Origin: Sarea resinae
Taxonomy: Eukaryota
DNA length: 64,000 nucleotides
Direction: 5' to 3'
Assembly (NCBI GenBank): GCA_026026165.1
Contig: JAPEUD010000003.1
Location: forward strand, 310,001-374,000
The position numbers and the translations under genes were made by a program. The notes beneath the pieces are model-generated. The model did not search any database. It saw nothing but the letters and a program-made list of their open reading frames with translations, and had not been told where the DNA came from. The stretch's first letter is position 1. Each line of letters begins with the position of its first letter. Positions 49,229 through 62,082 of the stretch are shown here, in pieces.

Positions 49229-51661
49229 CGCAGCGACAGAGATGAGGGCGTTAGGTTTGTGTCTGCTGTGGATCTTATCGTCGCTGTCGTTGTGGTTGCC
49301 GTCTTCCCTGAGCTCTCGCAGCAGGTAAGGTGCTGGTTGGGGTAGGCAGGTAAGGTAAGGATGAAGGCCGGGCCCTGGTCACAACATCGAAGGTGAACCA
49401 GTTGGATAACGAGGTGGGGAGGCTGAACTGCCAAGCGAGACGTCGCCTCGGTCGGCGACCTTTCCTGCTACGGAGTATGGCGGTATGTACGACCAAGTAC
49501 CTTGCAGGTACAGGATATGGCCGCGCATGACCTTCTCGTGCTGGCTCGAAGCGTCCACTTGGCTAGCCTTCCATGACGGTGGGTACTCTACAAATACCTC
49601 CATGGACTTCTACCCCATCTCGTACCTACCTTACCTACTCGTACCTTCGTACAGCCACCTCATTCATAGGTTTATCGTTGCATTTGCGAATTCACTGCCA
49701 GCCTAACGCATCCTCGACGATGGTGAGGTCTTGATATTACAATACAGCGCAAAGGCAAGAATCAGATATGGTCACATCTTGCACATGAAGGGGCGTCCAT
49801 CAGATGGATCGATACATCGTCTTCAGAAGATCAGTGACGATCTTCGATCCCCAAGGAAACCCTGAGTGTCAGATAAGGTACGGCGACAGAGAGGTATCTT
49901 ATCTTCGTACCGGTGGTTGGCGAGCACCTCATTCACCATCTCCGGCAAGGCCTGGAGGTCACATTATTCATGATGGTGAGTCGGCAGACGGCCACAGGTG
50001 GTCACAGGTGACCGCCAACACTCAGAGCGTCAAGCGGCCTCTTCTTGCTTGCTCTCTTATATCACTCACCCATACATATCCAGCCAAATTCATCCTCTCG
50101 GCGGAAGCCCGTCTTCACTTCCCATCTCGACGTCTTTCAAGGCCGTCAGTGTGGATCGAGTCAGCTCGAGGGACACGACCGTCCTTCCATCTGGACCTGA
50201 TTGCCCACGATGCCGCCACGGCCAGCTCACGCTCCTCGGCCAAGAGGCAGACCAGGGCACGGCGACACCGTCGGTCATACTCTGGCGCACAACAACAATA
50301 ATGCACCTGGCGGACGGAGTACGGAGGTACGGACGGAGACGCCCCTCGTCAGTGCCGTCCACGGGTGCCCTCCACTGCCGCTTTCAGGCTCCCAATTCCC
50401 ATCCACCGCACCACGAATAAGAGGTGCCTCGGTCCCGGATGGCGCTGGGGTGCCGGAAGTACCTGCCGACCACCGCCAGCCGTGAGGGTACGAAGATGAG
50501 TAATGGATGACGGGATACTGTCTCTCAGGTACCTCCCTCTTTCTTCTTCCTCTCGCCGCAGTACCTGACTCTCGAGTACTCCAGTACCCTCTCTCTCCTC
50601 TGCTCTCTCCTCCCTCTCCTCTCTCCTCTCCTCTCCTTGTTCCTCGTTCCTTCCCTCTGCAACCGGCTTCATCTAATCCTGCCGCACTAAGGACACATCT
50701 AGCCATAGCGGCCCAGTCTGCAATCTCAACCCTCGACAAGCCAACGAGCCAACAAATCAGCGAGAGCCGACCCGGCAAAGCGATGTAAAGATGACAAGCA
50801 CACACCAGCATCCAGCACCACCATCAGCGCCGCTGCCAATGCCTCTCTGGCCAGATGAAAGCGACCGAGACTCGACTCGACTCGACTAGACACGACGGAC
50901 GGTACTCGCCATGTACCTGTACGAGTATCCTTCTCCCTTTGCCTGGAGACTTCGATGCGAAGTCCATGCTGATGGTGCCCCAGTCGGTACGTGGTCGGTA
51001 GGTACCACCTGCTGCTGAACTGCGTGCGTCTCTCGTCAGACGAGATACCTCACCCTACCGTATCCACCCCTATGCCGTCCCGTACTGTACCGTACCATCA
51101 ACTCACTCCTCCCGCTGCTGCAGTTCTCGCTCGTTCTCAGCTGTGAAGGAAACTAAACGGTCCACTCCACTCACTCTCAGTCACTGATTATTCACTCTCA
51201 ACCTTGCCTACTCGACTTACTGCTACTACTACTACCACCACCTTGCCTACCTACGACCTTGACCTTTCCACCTTTCGCCCTCCTCATCTACTCCTCTCTC
51301 GCTCTCGTTCGCTCCCTCCTCACCTTCTCACCCTCCATTACAGATCTTCGAATTTCCAGAACGGCGCAGCAGCCTATCCCATCCACGTCCTACATATGCT
51401 CTACTGATCTAGGACCCGTGGAAGACGACGTCGCGTTCATCTCTCTCAGCTCGCAACTCCGTCTTCGTTCGTTTCGAATTCCTCCATCAAGAGCCTCGCC
51501 CGACCACTCGCCGCCGTTGCTCTTTTTCGCCGGGTATCGCCATACCATAGAGTCTCTTGCCGTCACCCTCGTCCTAGCCGTCATGCGATACAGGCCTTGA
51601 GAATACTGATTCGGAACTCACTGTCGCATCTACGAGCCACGACGGGGCCGCTCATCAGATT

Positions 51662-54600
51662 ATGAACGAGCCCTCTCCATCTCTGACCTCGCACACTGCG
51701 CCCGCTGTCGGTCCTGTCCCTCCATTCCTTCCATCTCCTTCGTACCTCACCAACGGAGTGCCTCCCGGCCCCGTCAGCGGGCCACAAGAGGAGGACGAGC
51801 CGTACACGATCAAATGCATCTGCAATTTCCAGGACGATGACGGTAGCACGGTCTTTTGCGAGAGATGCGAGACGTGGCAACACATTGAATGCTACTACCC
51901 TACGAGGGATGTACCGGACGTGCACAATTGCAGAGATTGCGAGCCAAGGCCGCTCGATCAGCGGCGTGCGACGGAGCGTCAAAGGCGACGGAGAGAACAA
52001 ATCGATGCGGGAGAACGGAAGCCAAAGCGACCGGCGGGGAAGAGCCATAAGAAGAAATCAACTCCGAGCATCACACAGTTGAACGGGTGGACCTTGCCTG
52101 ACAAGCAGGACGCGGGTAATGCGTCGGATCGTGCGAGTGACAGTCCACGCGAACAACCACCGCCTGCGAAAAAGCCCAAAACGAGCCATCGATCCTCGAG
52201 TTCGATCAGTTCTCAGGCCGGTACTCCCGGCTTAGCACTTGACTCACGGAAGCGAACAGGATCGTTGCCTCGAAAAGCCCGAAGTCCTTCCAAAGTCCCC
52301 GCGAATCGCAGCCTCAATGGTGTGGGCGACGAACTCTACACTCTTGATTTCATGCGACTCTATCGTGAAGACAATGGCGACGTTCCCTTGCAAGCCAACC
52401 TACACAGCAACATCGCCATCACAGGCCAACTCTCCTCTTGGATCTCGGATCCCGAGGCATTAGCGCAAGCCACGGATGGGAAAGCACCTGCTGAAGTATT
52501 CCAACGAGTTGATCGACCGATCGACTCTCTGCCTCTTCCCGAGGTTTCCAAACACGAGAAAGGCGATTCGAGCCTCCTGTGCCACGGACTGAATCCGTTG
52601 TGGAAATATCTTACCGTCAACGCCTTCGTTCCCGAAGGTTCTGTCGTGGGCGAACTGAAAGGGACCATTGGACACTTACAAGAATACTATCAATCGCCAA
52701 CCAACAAGTGGCATTCCTTACGGCATCCCGAGCCCTTCGTCTTTTTCCATCCTCAGCTCCCCATATACATCGACACGCGAACAGAAGGTACAAAATGTCG
52801 ATATGTGCGTCGGTCTTGCCGACCCAATATGGATCTGAAGACCCTCATAAGCAACGGCGTGGAGTACCATTTTTGCTTCTTCGCGACGGAGGATTTACAA
52901 CCAGGGACGGAGATCACGATCGGCTGGGATCTAGACGACCAGGTTCAGAAATATCTCTATCGTTTCGTTCGGCCAGCTGAAAGCCTCGGCGTCAAGCAGG
53001 AAGGTCTCGGTGAAGCAGAGGAAGAATACATATCAACATGGGTCGGCCGGGTGTTGGCAAACTTCGGTGGCTGCGCTTGCAATGGGCCGCAACCGTGCTT
53101 GCTTTCCCGCTTCGATCGTCGAGGCGCAAATCATCTCGAGCCTCCAAGACCTGTACCTCTCGATGCACCTAAACCGAAAAGGTCTAAAAAGGGTCGAAAT
53201 CAGATTTCACCACCGAGCACCGGGCAGGCGACCAATAGTCGAGCAGGGAGCGAGGGTGTCAATGCGAAAGAACACGAAGATGACCACGAGGACAGCCGAT
53301 CGACATCCGGCTCTGTGAGGAGCAAACCACGCAGTCGCGACATCACGCCTTTGACACAGATCAGTGAGGGCTTGCCCGGAAAGGTGCCCGAATTGTCCGA
53401 CCGCGAGAAGAGAAAGATCGCGGCTCTCGAGAAGACCTTTGAGCAGCTTGAACAAGGTGAAAGTGCGCACAAGAAGAAGAAGCGCCACAGTGGAGGGTCA
53501 AATCTGAATACGCCCAGCACAGCTACTTCTGTAAGGGCAGCCAAGGCGCGCAAGGGCAGACAAACAATTACTGACGAGCAAACGCAGAAGCAGCTGGGTC
53601 ATTCTTCCACGACAGATCACCAATCTATTTCAAGTGCGCCTCACAGACCTCGTTACGTTGATGCCGGGACTTCTCGGAGGCAGTCTGGCTCACCAAGTGA
53701 ACCATCGCCAGTTCAGTATCGCCCAAGTCCAAGTTCAGCCTCACCGGTCTCTCGGCCACTCCCTCGGGATGATCAGGACACTTCTTCTCCACTCCCTAGC
53801 CCCATCTATGCCGATTCGTCTACGCAGACTGATCCAGAGGGTGATGTTTGGTACTATTCCAGTGCGGCTCCGAAGCGGAAAATGAACATGTCTTTGACCC
53901 AGCGGCTCTTAACGCGATGTCATGAAGACAGGCTTCGACTTGAGGAGAGAAGGAGGGCGCGGGATGATCCGGACCGGGCCAGTCATGGATTATCTGCAAC
54001 AAATGCGAGCTCACCGATAGATGGGTCGTCGAAGGATATGCTGGAAAACCTACGGGCAAGTCCACAGATGGACCAGGACAAATCTTCCGATGGCGACGTG
54101 CAGATGAAGGACCGTGATGCCGAGACTTCTTCGAGACTAGGCAGTGATTCCCCTGACCTTGGTCGAAGTCCAGGCCCTCCAGATGGTCTCAGTCCGATCT
54201 CCGAAGCCATTAACAATCCAATCAAGCCACCACCGCCGCCATGGCCCTCAGCACGTCCTCGCTCACCCGATTCTGGCCAGTCTCCTACCTCGTATCGATC
54301 AGCTGGTCTACGCGTCCAACTCCCTCCAACTCCTCAATTTTCCAATCACTCTCCCTCTACTGCTTCAGTCGCTGGTACGCCTACTTCTTCCGGCACCTTG
54401 GTCCCTCAGTCGCCATTCGGGATTGGGGCGAATAGTTTCGCACCGCCATTCTCTCCTTCAGTTATTAGCAGCGTGCACCCGAGTCCTATCAAGAAAAAGA
54501 TCAGCTTTAGCGACTATGTCAGTCGCAGGAGCAAAGCCGAACCCCCGGGTACAGGTGCAGCCACCGCCGCAGCCGCAGCCGCAGCGGCTGCCACGACAGC

Positions 54601-54784
54601 AGCGATGTCAGAAGCGGCAGACAAGAGCTCGAGCGATCCGACGTCTGCCAACAATGTCGTCAAGGCAACTGTTGGTGACTTGCCGGATGACGGGAAAATG
54701 CAAGGTGTGGAAAGCGAGACAGCGGCCAATGCAGCGACTACAAGCGCGGAGCAACCCGCATCTACCGAATCGAAGATTTCCTGA
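51662..54784 (+). CDS. SET3: PHD finger + SET domain protein (Set3/Set4 family); probable in-frame intron 53531-53587
   Basis: PHD finger YTIKCIC..DDDGSTVFCERCETWQHIECY..HNCRDC. SET-like IDTRTEGTKCRYVRRSCRPN..EITIGWD. Long disordered C-terminus. Confidence 0.88.
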   Translation: MNEPSPSLTSHTAPAVGPVPPFLPSPSYLTNGVPPGPVSGPQEEDEPYTIKCICNFQDDDGSTVFCERCETWQHIECYYPTRDVPDVHNCRDCEPRPLDQRRATERQRRRREQIDAGERKPKRPAGKSHKKKSTPSITQLNGWTLPDKQDAGNASDRASDSPREQPPPAKKPKTSHRSSSSISSQAGTPGLALDSRKRTGSLPRKARSPSKVPANRSLNGVGDELYTLDFMRLYREDNGDVPLQANLHSNIAITGQLSSWISDPEALAQATDGKAPAEVFQRVDRPIDSLPLPEVSKHEKGDSSLLCHGLNPLWKYLTVNAFVPEGSVVGELKGTIGHLQEYYQSPTNKWHSLRHPEPFVFFHPQLPIYIDTRTEGTKCRYVRRSCRPNMDLKTLISNGVEYHFCFFATEDLQPGTEITIGWDLDDQVQKYLYRFVRPAESLGVKQEGLGEAEEEYISTWVGRVLANFGGCACNGPQPCLLSRFDRRGANHLEPPRPVPLDAPKPKRSKKGRNQISPPSTGQATNSRAGSEGVNAKEHEDDHEDSRSTSGSVRSKPRSRDITPLTQISEGLPGKVPELSDREKRKIAALEKTFEQLEQGESAHKKKKRHSGGSNLNTPSTATSVRAAKARKGRQTITDEQTQKQLGHSSTTDHQSISSAPHRPRYVDAGTSRRQSGSPSEPSPVQYRPSPSSASPVSRPLPRDDQDTSSPLPSPIYADSSTQTDPEGDVWYYSSAAPKRKMNMSLTQRLLTRCHEDRLRLEERRRARDDPDRASHGLSATNASSPIDGSSKDMLENLRASPQMDQDKSSDGDVQMKDRDAETSSRLGSDSPDLGRSPGPPDGLSPISEAINNPIKPPPPPWPSARPRSPDSGQSPTSYRSAGLRVQLPPTPQFSNHSPSTASVAGTPTSSGTLVPQSPFGIGANSFAPPFSPSVISSVHPSPIKKKISFSDYVSRRSKAEPPGTGAATAAAAAAAAATTAAMSEAADKSSSDPTSANNVVKATVGDLPDDGKMQGVESETAANAATTSAEQPASTESKIS

Positions 54785-55420
54785 ATGCCTTTTTCTCTTT
54801 TGGAGTTCGCCTTTCATTTGTTCTGATGATAGCGGAAAGGAACTTTGTTGGGTTTTATCAGGTGGCTGGCTTGGCTTGGCTCGGCTGGGCTTGACTCGGG
54901 ATGGCTTGACTTGGCTTGGCGCTCGGCTAGGATGGGAGGGGATCCTCATTGTGTTTGGCTTTGTTTCTTTTCGTCCATGGGGTAGTGACTGATATCACAA
55001 AACCTTTCGAGATGGCGGGCGGGCGGGCGGGCAGGGGTGGGGTCGGTGTGCCCGCAAGGGGCGGATGGGGCGTACTTAGTCTAGCTCTGTTTATCTATTA
55101 TCATCTCTACTTCTATTCTACCCGGCTTTTTCAAGTCCTTCTTGGACCAAGATTAACTACTTGAGCAACTACTTGACTACATCTATTACTACTAATTGCA
55201 GTCCTACTTCTACTGTCATATCACTTCTTGCTATTGTACTAGTATTTTCTGCTCTTTCTCTTCCCTTCTTGTCCTCTCCTGTCTTTTCCTCTTCCTCCTT
55301 CTCCTCCTCCACTTTCTTCTCGTCTTCCTTCTCCTCTCCCTCTCTCTCCCTTCTCTTCTTCTCTCCCTATTATAGTCTATCAATCCCCCTCTTTTCCCTT
55401 TCTGAAAGGTCATAGAACAT

Positions 55421-55490
55421 AATACAATACAGTACAATACAATACAATACAATACAATACAATATAACACAACACAACACAACACAACAT
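55421..55490. repeat. Compound (AATAC)n/(AACAC)n pentanucleotide microsatellite
   Basis: About 14 tandem pentamers. Confidence 0.9.
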
Positions 55491-55696
55491 AATATTAGAC
55501 GAGTCGAGATGAGATGAGATATAGGGGGGCTTAGTCAGATAGGTGAGGTTCAGGTCAGGTTCAGGTTATATAGGCCAGGTTGGTCAGGTTAGATATATAG
55601 GTCAGGTCAAGTAAGAAAGACCGGGCCAGGGCAGAGCGAAGGTGGGTGGAATTTTGGGCCTTACGACGTAGAGTGGATATAAACGTAGATATATGT

Positions 55697-55727
55697 AGAT
55701 GTGGATGTGGATGTGGATGTGGATGTG
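55697..55727. repeat. (GATGTG)n microsatellite
   Basis: About 5 tandem copies. Confidence 0.85.
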
Positions 55728-56162
55728 ATTTCAGACGAATTACACTTCCCCTTCCCCACTATTCCGGCTTCGCTTTGCCTATTCATTCCGTCCGCGCTTC
55801 CTATCTTCCTACCCCCCCCCCCCTTCTCTCTCTCTCTTTCTCTCTCTCTCTCTTTCTTCCCACTTGCCTACCACATGCCCACCAGCCTGTTGTGTTCGCG
55901 TAGGCCATGCCATGCAATCGCCTCATCACTGATTCTCTTTCACTCTTTCGCCTGTTCCTCTTTCGCCTGTTCCTCTGCTCTGCTGCTCCAGCTTATCCCC
56001 ACCGAGCACCAGGCAAGCAAGCGAGCATGCACACGCAACGCAACGCAACGCAATCCCGTTTTCATGTGCATCTCTCACTTCACATCACGTCACATCACAT
56101 TGCTTCATGTCATGCGTCCATCACGTCCGACCGGCCAATCTAGTCCAATCAATGACCACGTC

Positions 56163-59100
56163 TTAACCGCTGAAGGAGAACTTGCGGGCCTCGAGCCGGC
56201 CGAGTCCTTCGCGTGGGGCGACGTTTCGGCGGCGGTAAGAGGCTGTGAAGTCTGTGACGAGAGGTTAGAGAGATGACAGAGGCGCGAGAGATAGTGAGAG
56301 ATGGGTAAGGTGTGTGCAGTGCAGGGAGAAAGAAAAGGGCAAGCGAAAACTCAATTCTCAATCAAAGGAGAAATGAGTAGTATGACATAGCAGTCAAAAC
56401 ATACCTTGAAGCAAGACCCTGACTCTCCTCTTATCATGCTCCTGAACGCGTCTATATGAGCCATACAATTAGCGCCCCACACATCATCACGAAAGTGTAC
56501 GAAGAGGGCAGAGGAACGAGCAAAACACGTACAGATTCAGCTGGTCCAGCACCTTGGTCGCTTCCTGCGGAGTCACGGACCCAGCAGGTAGCATGCCGAC
56601 CGTCGTCCTCGTCCACGTGATGAATTCCTGCGGTAGCAAGTCGGCCAGCGCAAGTATCACACCCGAAGCGTCCGGTACGCAATCACGCGGGAAATGATAC
56701 ATCAGACCCGTCATGACGCGCTGGACGAGCAGCTCGCCTTGCGTGGAGAGAAGCTGTGTGACGGCAGCGCGGATTTCTGGCTGGTTGGCTGGGGCAGTGG
56801 TGTTGCCTTGGACCTCGGAGTCGGTGGGAAAGGAGGAGCGCGGCGGGTTGTCGGTACCGTAGGCGATGAAGTCTCGGAGGTAATGCAGGGTTGCGGTTAG
56901 GGGCGCTTGTTGTTCGAGGGTGAGGGCTGTGAGGGCGGCAGAGAAGATGTGCGGATTCAGATTGGAGGAGATCAATTGACTGGGATAGTAGCAGAGGGCA
57001 TCGATGAGGAGGCGGAAGAAGTCTTCAATGACTGATGGAGCAAACTTATTAGTAATAGTCTAAGAAGCTTGACGACTGCTTACCATCGGGAAGGTCTTCA
57101 GGAGGGAGGTCGTTAAGCGCTCGGAGGAAACTCGTAGCCTGCTGCTCAAAGAAGTGATAGATGGCGTCCGTGGTAGTCTGATCGACGAACTCGGCACCTT
57201 CGGAGAACTCTCGCACGATGGAATCTGTTGCCCATAGGAAGCAACCTTGCTTTGAGGAGGCAAAGCCAGAAGCAAGTTTATTCGCCAGAGCAGGGAGTAA
57301 GGGCGTCATAGCTGTTCGATATGATAGAACCATATGCCTCCAGCAGCGACAAACACGTTCGATTATCGGGACAAAATCGTTAAAGTTATCGGCAATAGTA
57401 GCTAGCACGGGGAAGATCTCCTGACAGTACTTGACCGCGGGATTGGCTTCCGATGGCGGAACATATGGCTGAACCCATTGGATGAAGATGGTGAGTAATT
57501 GCAATCGATCTGCGCAAGTCGTTAGGTTGGACACATTTGAAAAAGAGAGACCACCTACCAGCCAATGCCAGCTTTCCCTTCTCATCCGTAGCATTGTTGG
57601 CAAGCTCCATCAGTCTTCTCATTAGAGGATCGCAATACAGCTTCAGCGTGTCGTAGACACGGTCAATTGGTTGCACAGAGACGACGGAAGCTACCCCCTC
57701 TGTGACCTCTTCCTGACTCGCGTTTGGCAGATTGTCGATAACAGACTCATAGAATTGCTGCAGCTGAGTCACATGGTCTTTCAAGAGGTCTTTGCAGTCA
57801 TTGCACAAGAATCTCATCGCCAAGGCCGCAGCCCTGACAATTTCTTTCGAGCCATGTTGGAAAGCCGAGATTATGTAGTTGAGTTCGGGTTGGAGGAATT
57901 CCGGATGTTCTGAGGTCCATTCTGTGTATCGAGCCAAAGCCATGACCGCCTGGAAACGGACCCTCTCGTGGTTCGGCATCTGCACGATCAAAGGCATCAC
58001 CTGAGGAAGGATAATATTTTCCTCTCTTGAGACCATGCGACCCATTGCCCGCATACTGAACAACGGAGCCTCGAGCTGCTGCCAGTGCGGTACCTTGTCA
58101 TCTGACGCCTGCGACCCATAGGTTGCCACCCAGCTCTTGATAAGTTCGAAAGATTTCCCGAGGCAGTCAGTAACACCGATGACTTCGCAACAGTCCTTGA
58201 GAACATCTCCTAGTTGATGCCGAAATTCTCTGAATTTCTCCTCTTGCTCTCGATCGCCGTCGAAAAGATCTGTTTCGTTGCCATTGTCTGGCGTGGGAAA
58301 TTCCAGATGCTTTATCATAATGTCCACAAGCTTCGAAAATACATCAACGTACTCCAATCGCGCTTGCATCCACCGGTCAAGTACAAGTAGTTGCTTGAGT
58401 TCATACCAGAAGAGGAATGTGAGCGAAATGGCGTCTAAGTCCTGATCTCTGGCAGCGCATTCCAGGATCGCTTCAACCAAAACTCGAAAGTCTGTCGGCG
58501 CTCGTGCGATCAGAACGGCCCAGGATTCGCCTGCCTCTGAAAATAAACGAGTAAGGCCCTTGAAGGTGTCCAAATCCTCGGACTCGGCTGCTTGGGCAAT
58601 CTTTGGCCTCAACTCAATGACACGGGGATAGAGGATCTGGATGACTTCGAGATATTCGTCCACGTCTCCTCTGGTCTCTTTGAACATGGTGCACATGCAG
58701 TCAACTGCGGCTTCAAATGAGGATTCCGTTGAAAGCGCACTCATGACTACTCCGAGAAGGGGGGATTTGGCTATGTCGGATACCGATACTTCACCAAGCC
58801 AGGCTGTTATGCACTCGAAGAGTTGTGGATCCTTTGCTGCGGATTCTGGGGAAACGGAACTCGTTAGATGGGCCTTCGAGATAGCAATGATTACATACCA
58901 GAAGATTGGGAATACTGAGTCAATAGGGCTATCACTTGGTTTGCGTTGTTCTCCAGTAGTTCCGCAGTTCTTATGGCAAGTTCGTCCTCCTAGCAGCGAA
59001 TAGTGAGTTAGATTGGACTTGGCTCCAAGTCGCCATGGCCTGCTGCTGAGGTGGTCGGCGAGGAATTGGGCTCCACATACTGTCAAGGTAATCTTCCGTC

Positions 59101-59694
59101 CGCCTGAGACTTCCTCGGGCAAGATTCGTAGGAATTCCAATATACAAGGCACACTCTCTGCATCATTCCCCAGAGCTGACAATACCGTTTGAAAGACATC
59201 TTTCCATTCCGTCATCTGTATCGCCAGGTGCGCAACACACACACACATCATGGTTCGTACTGGTTTTGGGCCCGCCCGGTATGTTTTGAGAAGTGATAGC
59301 AAAGTTTCCCGTAGGCCGGGCAGAGATTCATGGGGTATCTGTCCTATGTCGTAGATAATCTGTCCATGTGAGTAATCGCACAACATGCGCATTTGGCTTG
59401 GCCTACCTTTCCCTTCAATGTGGTTCCTGCAAAGAGTTTGGCTTGAGGATCCGCCTCCCCAGACTGCAATATTGCGAGCGCCGCTGTCCAAGATTCGGGC
59501 TATGATTCGACAACTCAGTTAGCATTGAGGAGAACGGCGGTAGCGGCGCGTTGAGAGCTGACTGTTTTCTGGAACGAATCGAGGAACTCGTGAGCCTGGA
59601 TCTTATGTGATCGATCCGCATTTCCTTGCAGAGTAGCCATGGCTGCTAGGACAGGCGCAATGGCCTGCTGTGCTGCCGCTGCATCAGAAGCCAT
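56163..59694 (-). CDS. MTR10: Importin-beta family nuclear import receptor Mtr10 (transportin-SR); about 9 exons
   Basis: AHEFLDSFQKT|PESW..KLFAGTTLKGK|IIYD, ILEFLRILPEEV, FREFRHQLGDVLKDCC, WQQLEAPLFSMRAMG, ERVCRCWR, PD|VIEDFFRLL, final DFTASYRRRNVAPREGLGRLEARKFSFSG. Confidence 0.92.
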
Positions 59695-60267
59695 GATGGG
59701 TCTAAAGGTGGAGCGCAAGCAGTGACAGCGAGAGATTCGTTGAATGAGGACAGACTGAGAGTGAAAGGTGGTGAGGCCAAAGACAGAGAACAGAGGATGA
59801 ATCTATTACTATTAGGGATCAATGAGATGAGAACAGAAGAGCCCTGTCTGGCGGGTGTGCAGCTCTCGAGGACTAAGGAATCCAATTTGATGTGCCTGAA
59901 TACCTGTCTGTACCCGACTCTTGACCCTACACACCTCATACAAACATAAATGCAGCGTGACGGACTTTCCCACCCCTCCCCCACTAACAACTCTCGCGCA
60001 CCGAGACGTTACCCGGCGTTCGCAATTCGACATTCCTCTTCACCCTCCACCGAAGCTGTGCAATAGTAGAGAAGCTGGCACTCTTGCGCGCACGACTCTT
60101 TTCTGCTCTTCCTTCTTCGCAACCTCGCTCCTACCGTATCGCTCCCTTTCCTCTACTCGAGAGTCAATTATCAAGGAAGCCCAGGGAAGCCTAAGGTGAG
60201 GACCGCATCTCCAGTCACGGATCTTCGACTTTCCACCCCCAGGCCAACGCTAACCACCTTTCCAGAT

Positions 60268-60671
60268 ATGACTGGCCGCGGCGGTGGTGGTGGCCGAAAG
60301 GTCCTCCTCCCTCCAATCAACTTCATCTTCAAGCTCCTCCAACAACATTCGACTGTCCAAATTTGGCTGTACGAGCAGCTCGCAATAAGAATAGAGGGGA
60401 AAATCCGGGTATATATACACGTTGACCGCCATTCGAAGATCCTTGACACTGATGGTTGCGATCTAGGGTTTTGACGAATTCATGAACTTGGTCATTGACG
60501 ACGCGGTGGAGGTCAGACAGCCCACGAAGACGGATGGTGAACAGAGGAGAGACTTGGGTAATTCGACCCTGAACCCCCCGCGCAAGCTACGTGCCTGGAG
60601 CTAAAATGTTTGCAGGCCAGATATTGCTGAAAGGCGACAACGTTTCATTGATTCAAAGTCTACAAGGATAG
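60268..60671 (+). CDS. SME1: Small nuclear ribonucleoprotein SmE; 3 coding exons plus a 5'-UTR intron at 60196-60265
   Basis: RKVLLPPINFIFKLLQQHSTVQIWLYEQLAIRIEGKIR|GFDEFMNLVIDDAVEV..RRDL|GQILLKGDNVSLIQSLQG. Confidence 0.95.
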
Positions 60672-60789
60672 AGGTGGTCATTTTAAATCGGTTAGAGTGT
60701 CTTCGGTGTTAAGTGGATCAATCAAAACTGTCACGGTTGGAGCTTCTATATTTTCAATTGAGGATGCCGTCCAACTAGGCGGACAGCAA

Positions 60790-61621
60790 TCACGTCTTTG
60801 CTCTCCGAAGTGTTCCGTCACCGACGGCTAAAGCGTCCAATCGTCGATCCGTCGGGTCCGTGGGGACTAATTCATGATCAGGCAAGAGCTGCTCCTGAAG
60901 CGCCAGCCCCACTGTCAAAGCATGCATCAGCTCGATCTCCCTTCATACGCGGACTTCTGCCTACCAAGAAAAGGCATTCTCGCATTTTCCCCATCCTTCT
61001 CCTTCCTGGTCTCTTGATAGAATTGCAGAAAACGATCGTAATATCCTTTACCGTGGCCTAGCCTGCCTAGCTCATTATCAAAAGCCATTCCCGGCATGAC
61101 TATCATATCTAACCCGCCCTGCCCTACTCCAGTCCCTACCCTTTGATCCTCCAGCCTGGTAGCCCCAAGACAATTCGCCCTGACAGCTATCGAATCATCG
61201 CTTGGAATAGGAATGCCCCAGCTATCTGGCGCAAAAGAATCGTAGTCGGCCACCGAATGCAGAGAAAGCATATCCATGACCGAGACCGATTGGCCTTGCG
61301 AAGGGGAGGCAATTCTGTGCGTATAAGGAATGAAGACTCTCTTTCCGTTCCGTAGCGCATCATGGACAATAGGCGCAGTATTGATCTCGCCAGCAGGCAT
61401 GGACAAGTAGATGCTGATCCGCCTGGCGGCTTGATACTCTGGTGACGATAAGATGATACTGGAAACTGTCTGCGCTACAACGAGATATATTAGTCCTCAC
61501 CCCTTCCAGCAATGCGATGGCTGAGCTGACATTGGGACGCGACTGATTCGGCCGAGATGTCCTGTAACGCCCTGCGGATCTGCTGTCGCAGTTCCTTTTT
61601 GGCGGCCTTGAGGCTCGCCAT
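60790..61621 (-). CDS. FAU1: 5-formyltetrahydrofolate cyclo-ligase; 3 exons
   Basis: MASLKAAKKELRQQIR, RISIYLSMPAGEINT, WGIP, LDMIVMPGMAFD..RLGHGKGYYDRFL, VGLALQEQ..VPTDPTDRRLD. Confidence 0.92.
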
Positions 61622-62082
61622 GATGCCCACCAGCACTGTAGGAGGCAATCCACAAAGATGCTGTCTTCACTTCTTCATCTCATCCAAGCCAGAAACCCCG
61701 GATATGTATATTGGTCGGACGCCAAAGCTTCGAAAGATCTTTACTTGCTGCTCTCTGCCTTACTTCTTCCTACTTCCCCAGTCTGTTCTATAAAAAAGTG
61801 TTGCGTCAGTGATCGGGTCAGGCTGCCGTAACCAATTACGACCAGGACCCCTTTGCTACTCGACCACTCTACCCGCTACAAGTACTGCGCGATCTGCAAT
61901 AAAGTCTCGGTACTTTGACGCCACCCGTCCACACTAGCGAAATCCCGTACCCTTACCTCCCCTCTCTCTCTCAATACCTGATTCTGCCATTCCAATTCAA
62001 CCTCCGCCATCCGCATCCTTTAACGATCCCCATCACCTATCGTCGCTCGTTTCAACCCTCTCTTGTCCTCAACCTCACCGAC

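Noticed and set aside
49229..51661. 2.4-kb gap between NPC2 and SET3 as a hidden gene or ncRNA
   Set aside because: Only low-complexity ORFs and pyrimidine tracts; no tRNA, snoRNA box or coding signature that I could support.
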